Below the pieces are notes generated by a model. It was given only the letters and a program-made list of their open reading frames with translations. It had not been told where the DNA came from and made no database searches. This document shows positions 50,941-61,091 of a DNA stretch of 64,000 nucleotides, piece after piece. The DNA comes from Bdellovibrionota bacterium (GTDB lineage Bacteria; Bdellovibrionota_C; UBA2361; CAKMMH01), in NCBI GenBank assembly GCA_050952645.1, contig JBMNLI010000015.1, positions 1-64,000 of the forward strand, in the 5' to 3' direction. Numbering within the stretch: position 1 is the stretch's first letter; each line of letters begins with the position of its first letter. The position numbers and the translations under genes were made by a program.

Positions 50941-51570
50941 TTATTTTTTAATTTTTAGTATAATAAATATAGGGTTTCCCTTATGTTTAATTTTTAAAAT
51001 TTTTTCTTTAAAGATTTTTCCTTGAAGTTTGAGCGTTAATTTTTCCTTATCGACTAAAATAGTTTTTTTAGTCCCCATTATGGCTTCTTTAGGAGTTAAG
51101 TAGATTTCTAAAAAATCAAAAAGCTTATCATCTTTAATACAAATCTCTTTTTTATCTTTTTTTGAAAATCTAAAAAGACTAGGCGTGTTTTTAATTCTAT
51201 TTAAATATTTTTTTAGCAAAGTTTTAAGTCTACTTTTTTTAGTAGTTTTTATGTTTTTTTGATTGTTGTCTTTTTGATTATTTTTTTGGCTATTATTTTG
51301 GCTATTATAAAGGGAGGCACTCTTAGTGTAAGCGCTTATTATTATTTTTTTAATTTTTTCATCGTATTCTTGCTTAAGTGTAAGATTCTTTAATGTTTCG
51401 TAGCTTTCCGAAATTTCTTTAAATTTTTCAGATGCATCAGGTTCGTTATTTATGTCGGGATGATACTTTCTAGCTAAGGTTTTATAAGCTTTGCTTATTT
51501 CTTTTTGTGTCGCATTAAAATTTAATCCTAAAATTTTATAATAATTTTTCATACCGTTAAAAGATATCAC
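50941..51570 (-). CDS. J-domain (DnaJ-like) protein
   Basis: NYYKILG..ARKYHPD..KFKEISESYETL; short C-terminal remnant of the DnaJ C domain. Confidence 0.88.
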   Translation of the reverse strand: MISFNGMKNYYKILGLNFNATQKEISKAYKTLARKYHPDINNEPDASEKFKEISESYETLKNLTLKQEYDEKIKKIIISAYTKSASLYNSQNNSQKNNQKDNNQKNIKTTKKSRLKTLLKKYLNRIKNTPSLFRFSKKDKKEICIKDDKLFDFLEIYLTPKEAIMGTKKTILVDKEKLTLKLQGKIFKEKILKIKHKGNPIFIILKIKK

Positions 51571-51604
51571 GAGTTATTAGTTATGTCTTTACAGTTTTTT
51601 AATT

Positions 51605-52129
51605 TTGATGCACAGTTTAAGTGTGAAGAAATTAAAGTTTTTTGCTATAATAATATCGTTTTCGTTGTTTTTTAGGACGCATAACGCATTTGCGCTTTCT
51701 AAAATCGTTTTAGGTCCTAATTCTATGAAATATAAAGGAAACTTATTTTGCCCATTAGACAAAAAGTATAAGGGGCTTACATCTAACTTTGGATATCGCT
51801 CTAAAGGTTTCCATGAGGGGGTCGATATGAAAGCGGCTACTAATACTAATATATATGCTAGTCATAGTGGTGTAGTAGTAGTGAGTAAAAAAAATCGTTT
51901 TGGATATGGGAATATGGTCGTAATTAAAGGGCGTGGTATAATGACCGTTTATTCTCATAATAATAGAAATTTAGTAAGAGTTGGAGATAAGGTAGAAAAG
52001 GGAGAGCGTATAGCTTTAGTAGGCAGTACTGGGCGTTCTACGGGGCCTCATCTCCATTTTGAGATTAGAGTTCCTGTAAATAAAAAATGGTATGCAGTGA
52101 ATCCTAATTTTTTTAAGGTGTGTCGATAA
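51605..52129 (+). CDS. M23 family metallopeptidase
   Basis: HEGVD; YSH; GSTGRSTGPHLHFEIR; signal peptide. Confidence 0.92.
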   Translation: MMHSLSVKKLKFFAIIISFSLFFRTHNAFALSKIVLGPNSMKYKGNLFCPLDKKYKGLTSNFGYRSKGFHEGVDMKAATNTNIYASHSGVVVVSKKNRFGYGNMVVIKGRGIMTVYSHNNRNLVRVGDKVEKGERIALVGSTGRSTGPHLHFEIRVPVNKKWYAVNPNFFKVCR

Positions 52130-52140
52130 TTAAATAATTA

Positions 52141-52231
52141 AGGTTTTTTACGAGTTTAAAGTGGGTTAGAGAAATTAATTTTTGGCGTATCAAGTGGTTG
52201 ATGCTAATTTTTAAGATCTTAAAGCCCTCAC
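52141..52231. mobile_element. MITE-like element, degenerate copy 3
   Basis: tttaaagtgggttagagaaatt ... gatgctaatttttaagatct matches copies 1 and 2. Confidence 0.55.
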
Positions 52232-52305
52232 AATTAAATATGAAGAAAAACTAAATATGAAGAAATAAATATAAAGAAAAGCCTAATAATTAAGGAGAAA
52301 AGAGT

Positions 52306-53308
52306 TTGAGAGATTTAAGTTTAAATATAAACCAAGGGGTAGCTAGTCAAGCTAGCGATGTAGAAAGATTAAAACAAATACAAGATAAAATAGTTGCTAT
52401 GACAAAAAGCTCAAGTGAGATTATAAAAACGCAAGAAATAAGCTAGTTTGTAATATAATAGTTTTAGAACAAGAGATAACTAGTCTCGAGGTCGTGACGA
52501 ATGTCGATAAGTCGTCAGACCGAAATATTAGTGATAAAATTAAAAAAGATTTTCCTAATACGGCTATCCTTTCTGAGGAAAGTGCCCCAGAAATTAGAGA
52601 TGAATTGTTTGCTGAAATGTTTTTATAGTAGATTCTCTAGATGGTTCAGGAAATTTTACTAATGGGCATAACTATTCTGCTGTGGCGATAGCTTATGCAG
52701 AAAAGGGCGAGGTTCTCGTTGGGGTAGTTCATAATCCTTTTGAAAATAAAATTTATACGGCTATAAAAGGTCAAGGTTCTTATATTCATGTGCTAGATAA
52801 AGATGGTGAAGTTGAAAATGTTTCTAAGCTTAAGTGCGTAAATTATAGTCCTTGCATAATGCCTGCGTGTGGAGCTTTTTACGATGAAAGGTCGTTTGAT
52901 TGTTTTTGTAATTTTATTAAATTGCTTTATAAATGGCGTGAGTCAAAAGATTTATCATTAGACTTAAGACGGCTTGGAAGTGGTGCTTTGAATATTGTGC
53001 AAATTGGAGAAGGGCGTTTTCATTTCTTTTTTGAAACTCCTAGACCTTGGGACGTTGCAGCATCGGTGTTAATCGCTAAAGAGGCTGGTGCCGTTGTAGC
53101 TCACTATCTTCCTAAAGAAAAAAATATTCCTCTTGATATGGATCCTTATGGAATATTTGTACGAACGCCTTTTATTTATAAAGAACTTGGAGAGCTTTTT
53201 TATCAAGCTTTTCTCCCTTTTGGGCAAGAAAGATACCCAGATTTGAATAATACAGAACTAGAGAAACTTTTCTTTGAAACTCGTTGGAATAGAGATGTTC
53301 GTGCGTAA
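52306..53308 (+). pseudogene. Inositol monophosphatase-family pseudogene, paralog of the next gene
   Basis: ERLKQIQ, ILSEESAP and DSLDGSGNF segments lie in different frames separated by stops; 3' part intact (PWDVAA). Confidence 0.75.
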
Positions 53309-53573
53309 ACGTATATGCTAATAAATGGTAGAGGGATAAAGTAATGTAGCACTCATAGGTAATACTTAGGCGTCTTATGAAGCTTAACTAAATAGAAAAT
53401 GTCTTGAAGTGAATCTTAATTTTTTAAAAAAAGCAATAAGTACAGAATAATGTTTCTAATAAGTAAAATATATTGCAGAACGATGTTTTAAATATAAGGC
53501 TAAAGTGATAAACTTCCGATTTGTGGATTTTATATAAGCTTTAAAAGCTTTTACTTAATTGCAGGAGGCAAAC

Positions 53574-54734
53574 ATGGATTTAGCAAGAGAAAACTATTAT
53601 AAAAAACAAGGGCAAGGCAAATTTAATCCTAGACAAAGAGGGGACAGTTTAGGTCAATATGAAATTAGAACTAGTGAAGATTTAAGAAGAGATGCTTTAG
53701 AGTTTGAAAGATTAAAAAACATACAAAAATCATTAATAAATATGGTTCATGGAGCAGGTGAAATAGTAGTAAAAATAAGAAATGAAGCCTTGGATTCGAA
53801 AGGGAGGGCGAGTAATAAAAATGTATTTAGTGTTTCATATAAGGATGAGACTGTAGGAAGGTCTGTCGTAAGTCAAGCAGATCTTCGTTCTGAAGAATAT
53901 ATTTTAGAAAAAATTAGAAAAAATTTTTCCAATGTTTATATCCTTTCTGAGGAAAGTGCTCCTGATGTTAAATCTGAATTATTTGAAGGAAATGGTTTTA
54001 TAATAGATCCTATCGATGGTTCAGGAAATTTTATTAATGGTATCGACTATTGTTTTATAGTGATAGCTTATGCCGAAAAAGGTGATGTTCTTACTAGTGT
54101 TGTTTATAATCCATTTAAAAAAGAAACTTTTACAGCGATAAAAGATCATGGTGCTTTCCTTCAATTTGAAAAAAATGGAGAAAAATTTGAAAAGAGTCTT
54201 CATTGCAAAGATGCTATCGAATGTATTATGCCAATATTCGGAGCTTATTATGATAGAAAATCAAGAAAATCTATTAATGACTTTAATGATTCGTTAATGG
54301 AGTGGAAGCCTAAAGTTTTATCTTTAAACATTTTTACTAAAAGATCTGGTGGTATAACAACAGAATGGAAGGCTAAAGAAGGATGTTCAATTGATGTGAG
54401 ACGGTTTGGAAGTGGTGCTGGAAATATAGCAGAAGTAGCCGCAGGGCGTTTTGATTGTTTTTTTGAGCATACTGCAAAACCTTGGGATGTTGCTGCATCG
54501 ATATTAATTGCTAGAGAAGCTGGAGCAATTGTTACTCATTATCTTCCATCGAAAAATGATGTGCCACGATGTATGGATCCTTATGGAATATTCGTAGGAA
54601 CTCCTTTTACCCACAATAGGTTTGCTAATTTTTTCCATAAAGCTTTTCTGCCCTATTGGAGAGAAAATTATCCAAATTTAAGCGATGAAGATCTTTGGGT
54701 TCTTTCTGTAAAACGTTGGTATGATACCTTGTAA
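53574..54734 (+). CDS. Inositol monophosphatase (SuhB-like) family protein
   Basis: ILSEE; IDPIDGSGNF; RRFGSGA; KPWDVAA; RBS aggagg. Confidence 0.9.
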   Translation: MDLARENYYKKQGQGKFNPRQRGDSLGQYEIRTSEDLRRDALEFERLKNIQKSLINMVHGAGEIVVKIRNEALDSKGRASNKNVFSVSYKDETVGRSVVSQADLRSEEYILEKIRKNFSNVYILSEESAPDVKSELFEGNGFIIDPIDGSGNFINGIDYCFIVIAYAEKGDVLTSVVYNPFKKETFTAIKDHGAFLQFEKNGEKFEKSLHCKDAIECIMPIFGAYYDRKSRKSINDFNDSLMEWKPKVLSLNIFTKRSGGITTEWKAKEGCSIDVRRFGSGAGNIAEVAAGRFDCFFEHTAKPWDVAASILIAREAGAIVTHYLPSKNDVPRCMDPYGIFVGTPFTHNRFANFFHKAFLPYWRENYPNLSDEDLWVLSVKRWYDTL

Positions 54735-54989
54735 TAGAGTGCTTAAACTTATGTATTAGAAAGCTAAAGACTAAAGAAAATTTTTGTGATAGCTTAAATT
54801 CACCTTAAAGTTTGAAGAACATTTTAAAAAAAATACAACAATAGTTTTGTGAAACAATTAAAAATAATTTTTTCAATTCCCATTTACGAGTAGGACACAG
54901 GATGCTTAAAGATATTTATATTTTAGTCTTTTCTTGTTATAATCAAGTTTTAGGAAAATAATATTACTATTAGAAAAGAAAAATATTTT

Positions 54990-56054
54990 ATGAGAAATTA
55001 TAAAGATAAGATAAAAACTAGAGAAGAATTAGTAAAAATCGTTAAAGATGCACAAGAAGAAGGTAAAAAAGTTGGATATAGCTCTGGGGCTTTCGACTTG
55101 ATGCATGGGGGGCATGTCGATTATCTTGTAAAAGCTAAAGCGTTATGTGATATCTTTATAATAGGAGTAAATACCGATAACTCCGTTAAAAATTATAAAG
55201 ACCCTAAAAGACCGATATGTAATTGTGAAGATAGAACGGATCTGATTGCAGCGCTCGAGTGCGTAGATTACGTTTTTAATTTTGATGAATTAAATAATAA
55301 CGTAAATATAATGACATTAAAGCCTGATTTTTATATAAAAGCGGGCGATTACGATATGTCTAGGCTTTCTTCAGCGCCTCTTATAGAGAGCTATGGAGGA
55401 AAAGTAGAGTTAATTCCTGTAGTTAAAGATGTTTCGACTACAAAGGTCATAAAAAAGATAATCGATTTGTACGGTGTAGAAGGATGCACATCTTATGATG
55501 AAAGCATTAAGTATGAAAAACGTCCTGCAGTATTTCTTGATAGAGATGGCGTAATAAATGAAGAGATAGAGTATTTAAGTGAGCCTGAGAAGTTTAAGCT
55601 TCTTCCTAATGTGGCAGAAGGGATAAAAGCTTTCCAAGATATGGGGTATAGAATTATAGTAGTAACTAATCAACCAGGGATTGGATTAGGCTATTATACT
55701 AAAGAGGATTTTTTTAAAGTTACTAAACAAATGTTTAAAGAACTTAGCCCTCATGGAATATGCTTTGATAAAATTTACTATTCACCACATTCAAAATCAG
55801 ATAATTCCACTTGGAGAAAACCAGATATCGGCATGATTTTACAGGCTAAAAAAGACTTAAATGTCGACTTAGAAAACTCATTTTTGATTGGTGATAAAAC
55901 GCTTGATATTAAGTGCGCTAAAAATGCAGGGGTAAAGAGCATACTAGTAAAAACTGGTGCAGCTGGCACAGATAAGCTTTTTGATGTGCCCCCAGATTTT
56001 GTGGCAGATGATTTATTAGAAGCTAGTAAGATCGTTAAAAACTTAAAAAGTTAA
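54990..56054 (+). CDS. Bifunctional heptose-1-phosphate adenylyltransferase (HldC-like) / heptose-1,7-bisphosphate phosphatase (GmhB-like)
   Basis: GAFDLMHGGH..KAGDY..STT; then FLDRDGVIN..VTNQ.G..RKP..GM..IGDK..D. Confidence 0.88.
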   Translation: MRNYKDKIKTREELVKIVKDAQEEGKKVGYSSGAFDLMHGGHVDYLVKAKALCDIFIIGVNTDNSVKNYKDPKRPICNCEDRTDLIAALECVDYVFNFDELNNNVNIMTLKPDFYIKAGDYDMSRLSSAPLIESYGGKVELIPVVKDVSTTKVIKKIIDLYGVEGCTSYDESIKYEKRPAVFLDRDGVINEEIEYLSEPEKFKLLPNVAEGIKAFQDMGYRIIVVTNQPGIGLGYYTKEDFFKVTKQMFKELSPHGICFDKIYYSPHSKSDNSTWRKPDIGMILQAKKDLNVDLENSFLIGDKTLDIKCAKNAGVKSILVKTGAAGTDKLFDVPPDFVADDLLEASKIVKNLKS

Positions 56055-56138
56055 TCACTCTTAATTTTACTTTATTTTACTTTCTTACTTTTTTTTATTT
56101 TACGTATGTTATGTTTATAAATCTTATTTATTATAAGT

Positions 56139-57026
56139 TTATAATGGTTTGATTTCTTTATCTATCTTTCTTATTAGTCCTGAAAGCACTGCACCGTTTC
56201 CAAATTCTTTATAATTTGTCGGAGCGTATAAAGATGTAATATTATTGATAGATTCTGTAAAACGCACTTTTGAAAAACTTTGATAATATAAAGACTCTCT
56301 TATATCATCACTGTTTCTTATATCGCTTGCAGAATAGTTTGCTATCACTGGAAAAATAGGCTCGTTTATAGCTACCTTTTCAAGTTCAAGTTTTAATTTA
56401 TCGCCAGCCTCTTTCATAAGTATTGTATGAAAGGGAGCACTTACTGCTAAATCGATAAGTCTAGCATCTGGTAAATAATTTTTAGCCTCTTGTACGGCAT
56501 CATTTTCTCCTGCAATTACGATTTGAGATGGGGAGTTTAAGTTTGCAATATCGACAAACCCATTTTTAACCTTAGAAATAGCATCTAAAATTTCCTCTTC
56601 ACTCTTTCCTATAACGGCAGTCATTTTTCCCTTAACTTTGCTTGCCACTTCTTTCATAAAAGTGCCACGCTTAAAAACTAAATTAACGCCATCTTCAAAA
56701 GAGAGTGCTTTGCTAGCTACGAGTGCACTATATTCGCCAAGGCTATGTCCTGCACTTGCTACTATTTCATAATCTTCTTTGTATTCACTTTTCCAAATTT
56801 CAAAACATATAATGCTTACGGTTAATATAGAGGTTTGTGTAATATCGCTTTCTAGAAGTCGTGAAGATGGCCCCTGAAAGCAGATATCACTTAGTGAAAA
56901 ACCTAAAACTTCATTTGCTCTATTAAATAAATCTTTTGCTATATCGTATTTATCGTATAAATCTTTTCCCATTCCGACGCTTTGCGAGCCTTGCCCAGGG
57001 AATAATGCTAGTAATTTTATAGTCAT
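56139..57026 (-). CDS. fabD: Malonyl-CoA:ACP transacylase
   Basis: FPGQGSQ; GHSLGEY; VSAPFH. Confidence 0.95.
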   Translation of the reverse strand: MTIKLLALFPGQGSQSVGMGKDLYDKYDIAKDLFNRANEVLGFSLSDICFQGPSSRLLESDITQTSILTVSIICFEIWKSEYKEDYEIVASAGHSLGEYSALVASKALSFEDGVNLVFKRGTFMKEVASKVKGKMTAVIGKSEEEILDAISKVKNGFVDIANLNSPSQIVIAGENDAVQEAKNYLPDARLIDLAVSAPFHTILMKEAGDKLKLELEKVAINEPIFPVIANYSASDIRNSDDIRESLYYQSFSKVRFTESINNITSLYAPTNYKEFGNGAVLSGLIRKIDKEIKPL

Positions 57027-57157
57027 AAAAACTCCAATATTTAGTTTGATAATCTTTATGAATTTTACATTATTTTTAGGGAAATACAACTACTTATAAA
57101 ATTTAAGTGGAGCAAAAACTTATAAGGGTGGACTAATAATATACTTATCGTTAGGAG

Positions 57158-57964
57158 TTGTTGTATATGAGGTTAGATAATGTAGGTTATGAAAGTTATA
57201 AAGAAGAACGTCTTAGTGATGTTCATAGTGTTGTTCAAAATGATGTTCAATACAGATTACAAAAATATATCGAAGACAATGGTTTGCACTCGCTTCCTGA
57301 AAGCCTTTTCGATATAACGCTTAGAAAGTTCGAGGAGGGATATGAAATTTTAGATTTTTTCCCTGAGAAAAATTTTGAAAATAAAGGCTTTTATAGATTC
57401 TTAATGCTCAAAGTAAAAGATTTGAAAAATGGGAGCATTTATAATTACCCTATGCAAATAAACGATAACTCAAAGGAGCGTTTCGGCATTTTATATATCC
57501 CTAAGATTGGAGATAAGTTTATATTTATAAATGAGTTTAGGTTAGGGGCAGGGGATTTTATTTTAAACTTTCCAAGGGGGTTCCCAGAAAAAATAGATAA
57601 TGTCTTAAGAGAATTTTTAGAAGAAGTAAGCGATGATTTCGATTGGAGTAAGATGAAAATAAATAAAATAGGCAAAATTTTTGAAGCTCCATCGGTTTCT
57701 TTTAATAAGCCTGAATTTTATGAGTTAGAATATTTAGGTGATGTAAGCTCTATAAAATTTGGTGGCACGGAACAAAATAGGATAGTGCTTTTAACTGAAG
57801 AAGAGGTAGATGAAAAGATTTTAAATGGTGAGATTTGTGATAATTATACTCTTGCTGCTTGGGGATGTTATAAGGCAAGAAAAACGCAAAGGGAAACTAA
57901 GGGATTATCGCTATTAGAAAAGATAAAAGATTTTTTTTCTACTTATTTTTTATCTGATGATTAA
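57158..57964 (+). CDS. Nudix-family hydrolase (ADP-ribose pyrophosphatase-like)
   Basis: EFR..FPRGF..LREFLEE (shortened Nudix box); GEICDNYT. Confidence 0.65.
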   Translation: MLYMRLDNVGYESYKEERLSDVHSVVQNDVQYRLQKYIEDNGLHSLPESLFDITLRKFEEGYEILDFFPEKNFENKGFYRFLMLKVKDLKNGSIYNYPMQINDNSKERFGILYIPKIGDKFIFINEFRLGAGDFILNFPRGFPEKIDNVLREFLEEVSDDFDWSKMKINKIGKIFEAPSVSFNKPEFYELEYLGDVSSIKFGGTEQNRIVLLTEEEVDEKILNGEICDNYTLAAWGCYKARKTQRETKGLSLLEKIKDFFSTYFLSDD

Positions 57965-57990
57965 CTTTTTTAAAAAATTATAGCTATATT

Positions 57991-58125
57991 ATTATAGCTA
58001 TATTTAAAGTCAATTTATTTTATGCAGATTTCTTAAAAGCCAATTTTCTTTTATACTTCTTGTGTGAAGAGATGCTAATTTTTTAGGATTTAAAACCACT
58101 TTAAAACGTATAAAGAACTAAAAAA
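57991..58125. mobile_element. MITE-like element, copy 4 (partial)
   Basis: Right IR ccactttaaaacgtataaagaact; internal part is the reverse complement of 60798-60840. Confidence 0.65.
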
Positions 58126-58173
58126 CTATCCTAATTATCTAATTTAATATTTCAAATTAAATAAAAAAATTTA

Positions 58174-58209
58174 TGCATGCTAGAAGCGCAAGTTAGCGCT
58201 TCTTTTAGC
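58174..58209 (+). terminator. Hairpin targeted by the group IIC intron
   Basis: agaagcgc-aagtta-gcgcttct followed by ttt immediately before the intron 5' end. Confidence 0.65.
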
Positions 58210-60103
58210 GTGTGCCGGGCACGACATAGTTCTAGCGGGTGAAAGTCCCGTCACGGGTAGTTGTCACCAAGTGTAGTGATGCCACAAGCTCGAAGCAGTA
58301 ATGTTAGAGTGAAGGAAGTGGCGGATCAAAACCAAGGAGCCTACGAACAGAAACCAGATACAAGGCTAAATGGTGGGTGAGGTTGCGCTACAAACCGAAG
58401 CCCTAAAGACAAACGTAAAACCAAACGAGTAAATCTGGAGGTTGTCTGGTGAAAGAACTATGCCTTACCCCGGGAGGTCCAGATAGCGTGCTATGCACGT
58501 GCGATATAAAGCTTATATCTGGAAGTCAGTTGATACCATAGTACTTGAGACACCACTCAAGGAAGGGTTGAACGTTAATATATTGTGAATCACTGTAAGC
58601 AAGGCTAGAAGAGTCCGAAATTGAAGATATGCCTAACAAACAGGAACGTAACCTGTGGGGGCAGAAGATAGAGGGGGTGTTTTCTAGTAGCTTTACAAAC
58701 AGAGGGAGGAGCAACAGGTGGAATTGATTGAACTAATTATATCAGACAAAAATATAGATGAGGCTATAAAGGCTGTTAAGCGAAATAAAGGTGCATCTGG
58801 TGTAGATGATATGCCAGTAGATGAGCTTGAAGACTATTTTGCCGTTCACAGAGAAGAGATAAAATCTCAGATACGTGAAGGGAATTATAAGCCGAGTCCA
58901 GTTAAGAGAGTGTATATACCTAAAGCTAATGGTAAGATGAGACCTTTAGGAATACCTACAGTAGTAGATAGGGTAATTCAACAAGCGGTAGCGCAAATAC
59001 TAGCACGCGGATACGAAAAGTATTTTAGTAATAGTAGCTATGGCTTTAGACCTAGAAGGAATTGCCATCTAGCAGTATATAGAACTCTTGAGTACTTGAA
59101 AAGAGGCTATGATTGGGTTATAGACCTAGACATAGAGAAATATTTTGATACTGTTAATCACGACAAATTAATTTCGATAATCAGGGAACGCATCAAAGAT
59201 GCGAAGACACTACGATTGATAAGACAGTTCTTAAGAGCTGGTATAATGGAAGATGGATTGTTTACTGTAAGTGAGAAAGGAGTTCCGCAAGGAGGTCCAT
59301 TATCCCCAGTATTATCTAACATATACCTTGATAAGCTCGACAAGGAACTGGAAGCAAGAGGACTTAAGTTTGTTAGATATGCCGATGACTGTAATATATT
59401 TGTTAGAAGTGAAAAGGCTGCTAATAGAGTAATGAAGTCCGTTGCGAGTTGGTTGGAGCGTAAGCTACGACTTAAAATTAATTCAAGTAAGAGTAAAATC
59501 TCTAGGCCGACGGAAAGCACTTTCTTAGGCTTTACCTACTGGAAGAGTGGGTATAAAACTTGGAAATGTAAACCTGCTGAAGATCGCAAACGAAAACTCT
59601 ATGATAAAACTAGAGAAATTCTTTGTAGACGGAAGGCAATGGCACGAACGTTAGGTTCGACATTTCAACAGCTAAGCTGGTTAATTAAAGGTTGGATAAA
59701 CTATTATAAGATAGGAACTCTTAAGACTTTTATAGATAAATATGGTCAATGGCTTAGACACAAAGTGAGGGTTATAATACTTAAACAGTGGAAATTGCCG
59801 AGACGAATCTATCTAAATCTTAAGAAATTGAACCGAATGCTTGGTTGCAATTTTAGAAATGAAGAAATCTATAAGGTTGCTAACAGCAGACTCGGCTGGT
59901 ATAGACGCAGTTCGTGGTACGTAGTGAATTATGCATTAAGCCCTAAAATATTGGGGCGTAAAACAAAGGAACGAATTGGTTTAATCGACCCTTTGACGTA
60001 TTACCTGAGTATTACTTGATATTATATTAATGGAGCGCCGTATACGAGACCCGTACGTACGGTGCGACGGGAGGGAGAGGGTATAGCCCTCGCTCTACCC
60101 TAT
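58210..60103 (+). mobile_element. Group II intron, class C
   Basis: 5' GTGTG; gggtgaaagtccc; domain V gagcgccgtatacg..cgtacgtacggtgcg with CGC triad; domain VI ending ctaccctat. Confidence 0.9.
58718..60019 (+). CDS. ltrA: Group II intron reverse transcriptase/maturase, no endonuclease domain
   Basis: NKGASGVD; RPLGIPTVVDRVIQQA; SYGFRP; GVPQGGPLSP; RYADD; FLGF; GWINYY. Confidence 0.95.
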   Translation: MELIELIISDKNIDEAIKAVKRNKGASGVDDMPVDELEDYFAVHREEIKSQIREGNYKPSPVKRVYIPKANGKMRPLGIPTVVDRVIQQAVAQILARGYEKYFSNSSYGFRPRRNCHLAVYRTLEYLKRGYDWVIDLDIEKYFDTVNHDKLISIIRERIKDAKTLRLIRQFLRAGIMEDGLFTVSEKGVPQGGPLSPVLSNIYLDKLDKELEARGLKFVRYADDCNIFVRSEKAANRVMKSVASWLERKLRLKINSSKSKISRPTESTFLGFTYWKSGYKTWKCKPAEDRKRKLYDKTREILCRRKAMARTLGSTFQQLSWLIKGWINYYKIGTLKTFIDKYGQWLRHKVRVIILKQWKLPRRIYLNLKKLNRMLGCNFRNEEIYKVANSRLGWYRRSSWYVVNYALSPKILGRKTKERIGLIDPLTYYLSIT

Positions 60104-60180
60104 ATGCAAAAAAGCTAAAGAATTTCTAAAAATTTTTAGCTATTAGTTTTATTTTATAAAAACCTGCAAAAGAGATTTTT

Positions 60181-60570
60181 TTAGTGTTTACTTCCACAAT
60201 AAGCAGTTGGAGCAATAGCATTAGAAGTATGCCTAGGATCAAGATAGCTAGAACTATTTCCAAGACTGCAAGGTGTCTCTTTTCCTGTCAAAGCAGCAAG
60301 AAGTTCTTCGTTCGTTTCTTGGAGCTTGCGGAAGTCATTTTGCAAATTGGCAAGTTGCTGAGAAATGCTTTCTTGTCCCTTTTTTAAATCAAAACACCTG
60401 TCAGCTGCTTCTTTTGCATATGCTAATATTGAAATTAGTAAACGCTTAAGTTTATCTTTAAATAGATTTTCTAATCTACGTCTAACCGTTTGTCTATCTC
60501 TTTCGCGTTTTGCAGCACTAGCTCCTCTGCTACTTTGATCAAATTTATCATCGTTGTCATATTTAGACAT
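60181..60570 (-). CDS. Hypothetical coiled-coil protein
   Basis: 129 aa ORF with a purine-rich RBS; no recognised motif. Confidence 0.6.
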   Translation of the reverse strand: MSKYDNDDKFDQSSRGASAAKRERDRQTVRRRLENLFKDKLKRLLISILAYAKEAADRCFDLKKGQESISQQLANLQNDFRKLQETNEELLAALTGKETPCSLGNSSSYLDPRHTSNAIAPTAYCGSKH

Positions 60571-60721
60571 AACAAATCTCTCTTTCTATTAACCCATACT
60601 TTAATATTCTTTTGTATATTAAAGTAGGAACCTTAGCTCGTTTTAACTTAAATGCTTACGTTGTTGCATTAAAGCAAACAGTTAAAGTTTATAAAAAATT
60701 AAGTAATTAGTCAAAAAAACT

Positions 60722-60942
60722 TCGTTTTAAGGTGGGTTTTAGACCTTAAGAATTAGTATCACTCACCCCACGAAGCCCAAAAGGAAATTGACTTTAAGGG
60801 AATTTGTATAAAATAAATTGACTTTAAATATAGCTGTAATTTTTTTTTAACTATAGCTAGTTTTCTATAAAAGCCAATTTTCTTTTAAACTAACCCCTAA
60901 AAACAATTTTTCTAACCCACCTAAAACGTCAAAGAACCAAAA
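60722..60942. mobile_element. MITE-like element, copy 5 (opposite orientation)
   Basis: cgttttaaggtgggttttagacc ... ctaacccacctaaaacgtcaaagaacc is the reverse complement of copies 1 and 2. Confidence 0.75.
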
Positions 60943-61091
60943 AAATTATCGATTTTAGCATTTTAAGAAGATTGTAATTTTTAACTCCATTGAGAAAAGT
61001 AGTAATTTATTGTAAAATTTTATTTTGATTTAATGATTGTTTAATATTTTATTTAAAGATTGATTTTATATATTTATAGGGATTATAAACC

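Noticed and set aside
58718..60019. Reverse transcriptase as a DGR, retron or CRISPR-associated RT acting on the Cys-rich repeats
   Set aside because: It sits in a complete group IIC intron with domain V/VI and maturase motifs, and the repeat copies do not show adenine-specific variation.
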